Assembly: GCA_016180085.1 (NCBI GenBank)
Contig: JACPBX010000031.1
Span: forward strand, 1 to 61,003
DNA: 61,003 bases
Direction: 5' to 3'
Origin: Candidatus Woesearchaeota archaeon
GTDB taxonomy: Archaea > Nanobdellota > Nanobdellia > Woesearchaeales > UBA10216
A program made the position numbers and the translations under genes. Of this stretch, positions 55,388 through 61,003 are shown piece after piece (within the stretch, counting starts at the first letter, position 1; each line of letters starts with the position of its first letter). Below the pieces are notes generated by a model that ran no database searches, had not been told where the DNA came from, and was given only the letters and a program-made list of their open reading frames with translations.

Positions 55388-56065
55388 ATGAAAAAGGCAG
55401 GCTGTAAAGGCACTAAAGATACCATGGCAACCTCATCTATCATTTGCCTTGTTCTCATAATCATGGTTTTAGCAGCCCTGATTGTAGGCTGCGCCAGAGG
55501 AAAAATTGGGCCAGAAGAGAAAGGCAGGGAGGTTGCTGCCATTGTTAACGGCGCAAGGATTTATTTTAGCGATGTAAATGAGGAGTATGCCTCCCTGGCG
55601 CCTGAGCAAAAGGCTAACGTAACAAAGGCGGATGCGCTCTCATTCCTGATAGAGAGGGAAATCCTGTACCAGCAAGCGCTTAAGGAAGGCTTCAGGGCAA
55701 CAGCAGAAGAGGTTGAGAGCGAGTATCTGGTTTTCGCTGCATTGAGCAACCTCACAGAAGCAGAGCTGAAATCCCAGCTTGCTGCGAGGAACAGCTCGGT
55801 GGAAAAGCTGAAATCAGTGCTTCTGAAGCAGGTTTTGATTATTAAGCTGCTCGACAAAAAAGTCCCACGCCAATTTGTGATAAGGCATGAGGACGTGGAA
55901 GCAGTTTACAACGCCAGTTTCCGCCAAACAGGCCTTTCCTTCGAGCAGTCCGAGAATGCCATAGTCGAGCTTCTTTCAGCGCAGCGCCAGAAAGCCGGCA
56001 GGGAAAGGTACATAGAATCCCTTAAGGAAATGGCAGACGTGCTGATAGTGGCTGTGCCGAGCTAG
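55388..56065 (+). CDS. SurA N-terminal-domain chaperone-like lipoprotein
   Basis: IVGC, VAAIVNGARI and LIEREILYQQA motifs. Confidence 0.75.
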   Translation: MKKAGCKGTKDTMATSSIICLVLIIMVLAALIVGCARGKIGPEEKGREVAAIVNGARIYFSDVNEEYASLAPEQKANVTKADALSFLIEREILYQQALKEGFRATAEEVESEYLVFAALSNLTEAELKSQLAARNSSVEKLKSVLLKQVLIIKLLDKKVPRQFVIRHEDVEAVYNASFRQTGLSFEQSENAIVELLSAQRQKAGRERYIESLKEMADVLIVAVPS

Positions 56066-56107
56066 CCCCGGCTCATACAGCCGGCTTACAGCCAGATAAA
56101 AGCATTC

Positions 56108-57532
56108 TCACAGCTCGGCCAGCGTTGCAACCGCAAGTCTGGTTTCTTCGGGCTTTACCTTTGAGTCCATGGCAACAACGCATTTCACGCCTGCCATTTC
56201 TGCCGCTTTAATGAGCTCGTGGTCAATTGTCCCGTCAAGCACGATAGCGTAAACATTGTTGAGGCTTCTCAGTGTTGACTGGAGCTCGGCAAGCGGCACC
56301 TTTCCAAGAATGTTAAGCTTCTCGTCAAAAAGGTACGCTCCCCTTGTCCCAATGAGCGCCCCGGATATCTCCCTGAACACGCTCTTCTCGCTTTGGGAGA
56401 GCTGCTTCTGCTCGCGCTCGCGCTGTTGTTCAGGCTGTTGTTCAAACCTTGGTTCTTTGTCAACTCTGTCAAACCTTTGTTCCCTCTCAAACCGCTGTTC
56501 CCTCGGCAACGGCCTGCGGCTCTGGCTCTGGCCCTGCATCATCTGCGGCCTCCTCGTTGCCATCGCTACAGGTGCCATTGGAGCACGCTCCTGCCGGAAT
56601 TCCTCTCTGGGCTTGAATTGATCCCTCGGCCTGAATCCTTCCTTGCTGTTCTGTGAAGCCTGCGCTGCCTGGTCTTTTTCCGCCAGCTTTTCTATCCTCT
56701 CAGCCCTTTCAAGCCTGAGCTGCTCCGGAACCACCCTTGCCCTGAGCGCCTGGTGAATTTCCTTCTTCTCAAGCTCCTCGACCTCTTTTCCATCAGGAGC
56801 TTTCGTCACAAAGTCAACCTGAGCAACGTCAATAAGCTCCTTCAGTATTAGGTCGCCTCCCCTGTCGCCATCAACAAAAGCCGTAATCTCCTTCTTTTTG
56901 CTGAGCTCGACTATTGTTCCCGGAACCGATGTGCCGTTCATGCCTATAACGTTCTTGAAGCCGTGCTTCAGAAGGTTTAGCACATCTGCCCGGCCTTCCA
57001 CCACAATGACTTCGTCGCTGTCAGCAACAGCCGGCCCGGAGGGAAGCCTGTCAGTTCCGTATTCTACCACTTCCATTACCCTGACTGCCTGCGATACCTC
57101 CTCGGCAAGCTCCTGGGAGTCCGGCAGGACATTATCCATCAGGTTCTTGAGAAGCTCCTTAGCCCTTTCGACAACATAGCTGCGCTTGCTAACCCTGACG
57201 TCCTCTATCCTTTCAACCTTGAGCTTGGCGTTGCACGGCCCTATCCTCTGGATTATCTCAAGTGCGGCTGCCACTATGGTTGTCTCTGCCTTGTCAAGGG
57301 ATGACGGGATGGTTATTGCACCAGCCGTCTTGCCGCTCCTTGTTTCTGTATCTACCTCTATCCTTCCAATCCTTCCGGACCTTTGGAGTTCCCTCAATTC
57401 AAGGTCTGCGCCAAGAAGGCCCTCTGTCTGGCCGAATATTGCGCCGATGACATCAGGCCTGTCAACCACGCCGTCTATCTGGATGGTTGAGTGTATTATG
57501 TACTTTGCAGATACTGGACTTATCTTTCCCAT
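56108..57532 (-). CDS. dnaG: Archaeal DnaG
   Basis: DVIGAIFGQTEGLLG; TOPRIM motifs VEGRADV and DGDRGG. Confidence 0.95.
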   Translation of the reverse strand: MGKISPVSAKYIIHSTIQIDGVVDRPDVIGAIFGQTEGLLGADLELRELQRSGRIGRIEVDTETRSGKTAGAITIPSSLDKAETTIVAAALEIIQRIGPCNAKLKVERIEDVRVSKRSYVVERAKELLKNLMDNVLPDSQELAEEVSQAVRVMEVVEYGTDRLPSGPAVADSDEVIVVEGRADVLNLLKHGFKNVIGMNGTSVPGTIVELSKKKEITAFVDGDRGGDLILKELIDVAQVDFVTKAPDGKEVEELEKKEIHQALRARVVPEQLRLERAERIEKLAEKDQAAQASQNSKEGFRPRDQFKPREEFRQERAPMAPVAMATRRPQMMQGQSQSRRPLPREQRFEREQRFDRVDKEPRFEQQPEQQREREQKQLSQSEKSVFREISGALIGTRGAYLFDEKLNILGKVPLAELQSTLRSLNNVYAIVLDGTIDHELIKAAEMAGVKCVVAMDSKVKPEETRLAVATLAEL

Positions 57533-57821
57533 TTCAAATCGCCTCGTGTTTAGTGTTTTGCACTGAGGCCAGCTTTTAGAACAAGTCACAACTTTTGGTT
57601 AAACTTAACCACGCTTTTCATAGCGTTTTTTGATTGACCTTTTTCTCAAAAAGGTCACATGAACGTAAATCAAAAGGCTTTTCCTTTGAAACTTGATACG
57701 GCTCTTTGCCGCTATGATAGTTGTGCTTGTTACTTTCTGGCGCTTTGTGCCCTAAATTTTGCTATTTTTGTTATGGTTCTTGGGATTTCCAAAACCTTCT
57801 TGATTATGAATGAAAATTGTT

Positions 57822-57995
57822 GCCCGACACTAACCCCCGGATTCCTGGCCAGCTATTGAGCGAGCTTGTCCGGGTAACTCTGTACCGGGCCGAGTGCATA
57901 TTGTGGCTCCTGCTTCATCCACGGCCATCCCGGCCGAGTCACAGAAGGACCGAATATGCACTCTCGTTGAATACGTACTGCCTAGAGTGTCAAGC
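57822..57995 (-). ncRNA. Candidate structured ncRNA (~175 nt), family unknown
   Basis: 10-bp terminal stem with G-U pairs valid on the minus strand, 11-bp perfect internal stem and further hairpins. Confidence 0.45.
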
Positions 57996-58083
57996 CCATT
58001 AATAAAGTTTTGTATAGTGCAGTAGTCACTTAATAGTGGCAAAAAGGGAAAGGTTTATAAAGGGGAGTGAATATGCGCATCGT

Positions 58084-58776
58084 ATGGGCGTTGAGCTTAA
58101 ATTCGCTGAAAGCGACGTCAGGGAGGTGTATTTTGGCTCTGGAAGGCGGCGCATGCTTGCAAGCTTGCATATTGGAGATGCCGATGGCGCAGCCAAATAC
58201 AGCCCGGACCTGTTCCTGCAGACCTTTACGGCCGTGAGAGGCGCTTTCGGCAGGAGTGAGAAACTTTTCAATTCTTATCTTGAAGGCTTGCTTGGAAAGC
58301 AGGAGTATGAGCTGTTCCAATCCTCCATTGACGGGTTTGAAGGGACTTACAGGGCTCTTGTTATCGAAGCAGGAGCATATATAATGCCTGGTTTGGCTGA
58401 GCCTCTTATAAAGGAGGCACAGTCGCGTTCAGGCAGCCTTTTTGGTAGGAAATCCGGCAGCATGTTTGATGAACTTGTGGCAGGGCATTTTGGGCAACTC
58501 AGGACGTTTGCAGGAATCTACATAACTTTATCAACTCAACGGCCGGATTTTGGAAAAATTGCTGAAAACAACGGCGCATATTTGCTTCGGAGGAGAAATC
58601 CAAGCGAGGTTTTGAAGACCTTTTGGGAGATTGGCATTGGAGGCACGCTCAATCTATTACTGATTGCCAACATGGCTTATGGGCCCCGCTCTTCCGAATT
58701 CTTATCTACAGTGAAAGGGGGAAAGATGACACAGCTTATAGGAGGGCTATATCAGAGGCTATACCCTGACCAGTGA
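58084..58776 (+). CDS. Hypothetical protein (orphan)
   Basis: GAAAGGTTTATAAA BRE/TATA about 23 nt upstream of the ATG. Confidence 0.6.
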   Translation: MGVELKFAESDVREVYFGSGRRRMLASLHIGDADGAAKYSPDLFLQTFTAVRGAFGRSEKLFNSYLEGLLGKQEYELFQSSIDGFEGTYRALVIEAGAYIMPGLAEPLIKEAQSRSGSLFGRKSGSMFDELVAGHFGQLRTFAGIYITLSTQRPDFGKIAENNGAYLLRRRNPSEVLKTFWEIGIGGTLNLLLIANMAYGPRSSEFLSTVKGGKMTQLIGGLYQRLYPDQ

Positions 58777-58848
58777 TGCTGCGCTTAAATTAGTAATTAA
58801 CATTATAGTGCGAAAACTCTATAAAGGCGGCACAACCTTTCTTCAGTC

Positions 58849-59577
58849 ATGGCAAAGAAGTTCCGTGAGCGTTTCAAGACCCTGAACGACGTTTTTGACC
58901 AGTTTACAATCCGCAACCTGTTCGTTTTGAGCAGCAAGGACCATTTTGTCGATGGCACAATGAGTCCCCTCTCGATAGGCAAGGAGGCAAATATTTTCAC
59001 TGCGGCAGCCAAGGATGGTGACAGTAGAATCGTTATAAAAATATACCGCCTTGAGACCTGCGATTTCAACAAGATGTACAGCTACCTGGCCCTTGACCCG
59101 AGGTATACGAACTTGAAGAAGAAAAAGAGGGAGGTAATATTTGCGTGGTGCCAGAGGGAGTTCCGTAACTTGATGGCTTGCCGGGAGGCAGGCGTCAGGG
59201 CGCCATTGCCGCTGGCCTTCCTGAAGAATATTCTTGTAATGACCCAGGTTGGCGAGGACTCCCCAGCGCAAAAGATGAAGGACGACGTTCCGAAGCAGCC
59301 GCAAAAATTCTTTGCCGAAATAATCGGGGAAATGAAAAAACTCTACCGCTACGGCTACACCCATTCTGACCTGTCAAAATTCAACATCCTAAACCTTGAC
59401 CAGCGTCCGGTCCTGATAGACTTCTCGCAGATGCTGCCGATGAACGCGCCGCATGCTTACGAGTACCTGAAGCGCGATGTTGAGAACGTGGCTGACTTCT
59501 TCAGGAGGCTTGGCGTGAAGATTGACAACGAAAAAGTCTACAAGGAAATTGTTGCTGTTGGCACGAAGAAGGTTTAG
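58849..59577 (+). CDS. rio1: RIO1 family serine/threonine kinase
   Basis: SIGKEANIF, IKIY, EFRNL, HSDLSKFNIL and IDFSQ motifs. Confidence 0.93.
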   Translation: MAKKFRERFKTLNDVFDQFTIRNLFVLSSKDHFVDGTMSPLSIGKEANIFTAAAKDGDSRIVIKIYRLETCDFNKMYSYLALDPRYTNLKKKKREVIFAWCQREFRNLMACREAGVRAPLPLAFLKNILVMTQVGEDSPAQKMKDDVPKQPQKFFAEIIGEMKKLYRYGYTHSDLSKFNILNLDQRPVLIDFSQMLPMNAPHAYEYLKRDVENVADFFRRLGVKIDNEKVYKEIVAVGTKKV

Positions 59578-59615
59578 TTTTTCATAATGGAATTTTCATA
59601 ATAAAAAAGAAAAAG

Positions 59616-59694
59616 GTCCTCAAGCATGTGCTTGAGGACGCTGTCCTTTTTTTGCCTTCATTGTTGGTTGTTGGGGGTGGTAAATGAAGGCAAA
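59616..59694. terminator. Two hairpins with flanking T/A tracts between convergent rio1 and ftsZ
   Basis: GTCCTCAAGCA/TGCTTGAGGAC (59616-59639) and TTTGCCTTCATT/AATGAAGGCAAA (59651-59694). Confidence 0.65.
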
Positions 59695-59700
59695 GAAAGC

Positions 59701-60768
59701 TCACCTAGTCGGTGAATGTGAGTTCTTTTGGCCCATTGCGCGGGCCTGGGCACGCTGCTTGTCAACCTTTCCGAGTATCCACGGGCTCTTGACGCCTGTA
59801 ATGATTGTCATTACGGTTATCTTGCCTTTCATCGGCTCGCTGACCCTGGCTCCCCAGATGACGTTCGCATCCTCGTCCAGGCTTTCTGTAACAAGCTCGC
59901 CTATCCTGTTGATTTCGTCAAGGGTCATGTCCGGTCCTCCGCTTACGTGGATAAGTGCTCCGGTTGCTCCCTTGTAGCTTATGTCAAGCAGGGGATTGCT
60001 TAATGCGCCCTGGACTGCCTCTTCCACTCGGTTGTTTGTGTCAGAGCTTCCAACGCCTATGGCAGCTACCCCGCCGTTGCTCATGATTGCCTTGACATCC
60101 GCAAAGTCAAGATTGACAAGGGATGGCACGGCAATGGTCTCAACAATGCCCTTTATCATGGTCGCAATCAGTTCATTTGCAACGGCGAATGCCTGCTCAA
60201 TCGGCAAATTGCCGGCTATCTGAACAAGGCGGTTGTTGTCAATAACTATAACTGTGTCAGAAACCTGCCTTAGCTGCTGCAGGCCGAACTCTGCCTTGTC
60301 AATCCTTGCCCTTTCTATCTTGAAAGGCATGGTGACAGTGCCAATTACTATGGCATCGTTTTCCTTTGCCACTTTGGCAACTACCGGTGCTGAGCCTGTG
60401 CCTGTGCCTCCGCCCATGCCAGCGCAGACAAACACCATGTCTGCCCCTTTGAGCGCTTCTTTAATGTCCTGCAGTGCCTCTTTTGCGGCTTCTGCACCCT
60501 TTTCAGGGTATCCTCCGCAGCCCAATCCGCGGGTAAGATCCCTTCCTATGAGGAACTTCTTGTCAGCATAAGAAATGTCAAGATGCTGCTTGTCTGTGTT
60601 GCACGCGATTATCTCTGCGCCTTTTATGCCTTTCTTGTAGAGCCACGACACCATGTTGTTGCCTGCTCCCCCGGCACCGATAACCTTGATATTTGCCTGG
60701 CCCACCATTGCCTGCGCTACGTCTAAATCCTGTGCACTCTTCAGTGCGTCCTGCACGATAAAGTCCAT
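59701..60768 (-). CDS. ftsZ: Cell division protein FtsZ (FtsZ2-like)
   Basis: GAGGAGNN, GGGTGTG and NLDFAD motifs; FKIERAR and IDNNRL resemble archaeal FtsZ2. Confidence 0.95.
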   Translation of the reverse strand: MDFIVQDALKSAQDLDVAQAMVGQANIKVIGAGGAGNNMVSWLYKKGIKGAEIIACNTDKQHLDISYADKKFLIGRDLTRGLGCGGYPEKGAEAAKEALQDIKEALKGADMVFVCAGMGGGTGTGSAPVVAKVAKENDAIVIGTVTMPFKIERARIDKAEFGLQQLRQVSDTVIVIDNNRLVQIAGNLPIEQAFAVANELIATMIKGIVETIAVPSLVNLDFADVKAIMSNGGVAAIGVGSSDTNNRVEEAVQGALSNPLLDISYKGATGALIHVSGGPDMTLDEINRIGELVTESLDEDANVIWGARVSEPMKGKITVMTIITGVKSPWILGKVDKQRAQARAMGQKNSHSPTR

Positions 60769-61003
60769 CTCAATCCACCCCGCTTTCGCAGTTTTGTTGT
60801 TTTTGACTGTTTGGACAAAACACACAACCGAGAATCAAACCACTGCTGCAACATATGCTTTTCTTTAGCTATTTTCTGCAACAGTAAAGTTTAAATACAC
60901 AGTTATGTATATTTCCAGCTAGAACGAGCAGTTTCGATGTCCAGTCGAACTGTCTGTTGAATTGTCCAACGAATTGTCCGATAATGTTTGATTAAACCCG
61001 GTC

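Overview
Archaeal chromosomal DNA, most likely from a DPANN lineage such as Woesearchaeota. This is inferred from gene content, BRE/TATA leaderless promoters and GGTGA-type ribosome-binding sites. The housekeeping backbone comprises top6B (with an intein, cut by the window edge), a KH/Dim2 protein, dtdA, trmI, a glmS-tal-IMPase-glmM-glmU operon, DUF99, ABCE1, a PIN-ATPase, serS, cdc6, tsaC, archease plus intein-containing rtcB, dnaG, rio1 and an FtsZ2-like gene. It is interleaved with five toxin-antitoxin-type pairs, many orphan genes and a cluster of secreted Cys-rich proteins. Four observations stand out. (1) Two 1.0-1.2 kb MNT/HEPN cassettes are each flanked by direct repeats that duplicate the last ~8-10 codons of the upstream housekeeping gene (DUF99, serS). 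No integrase is present in the window, and weaker repeats flank other orphan genes. (2) A tandemly duplicated three-gene surface module is built around thrombospondin type-1 repeat proteins and includes a 16-codon deletion remnant. (3) Two unexplained, highly structured non-coding segments lie upstream of cdc6 and upstream of dnaG. (4) ABCE1 has lost three of four ligands of one Fe-S cluster. No tRNA, rRNA, CRISPR array, reverse transcriptase or transposase was recognised. All calls were made by eye without database searches.
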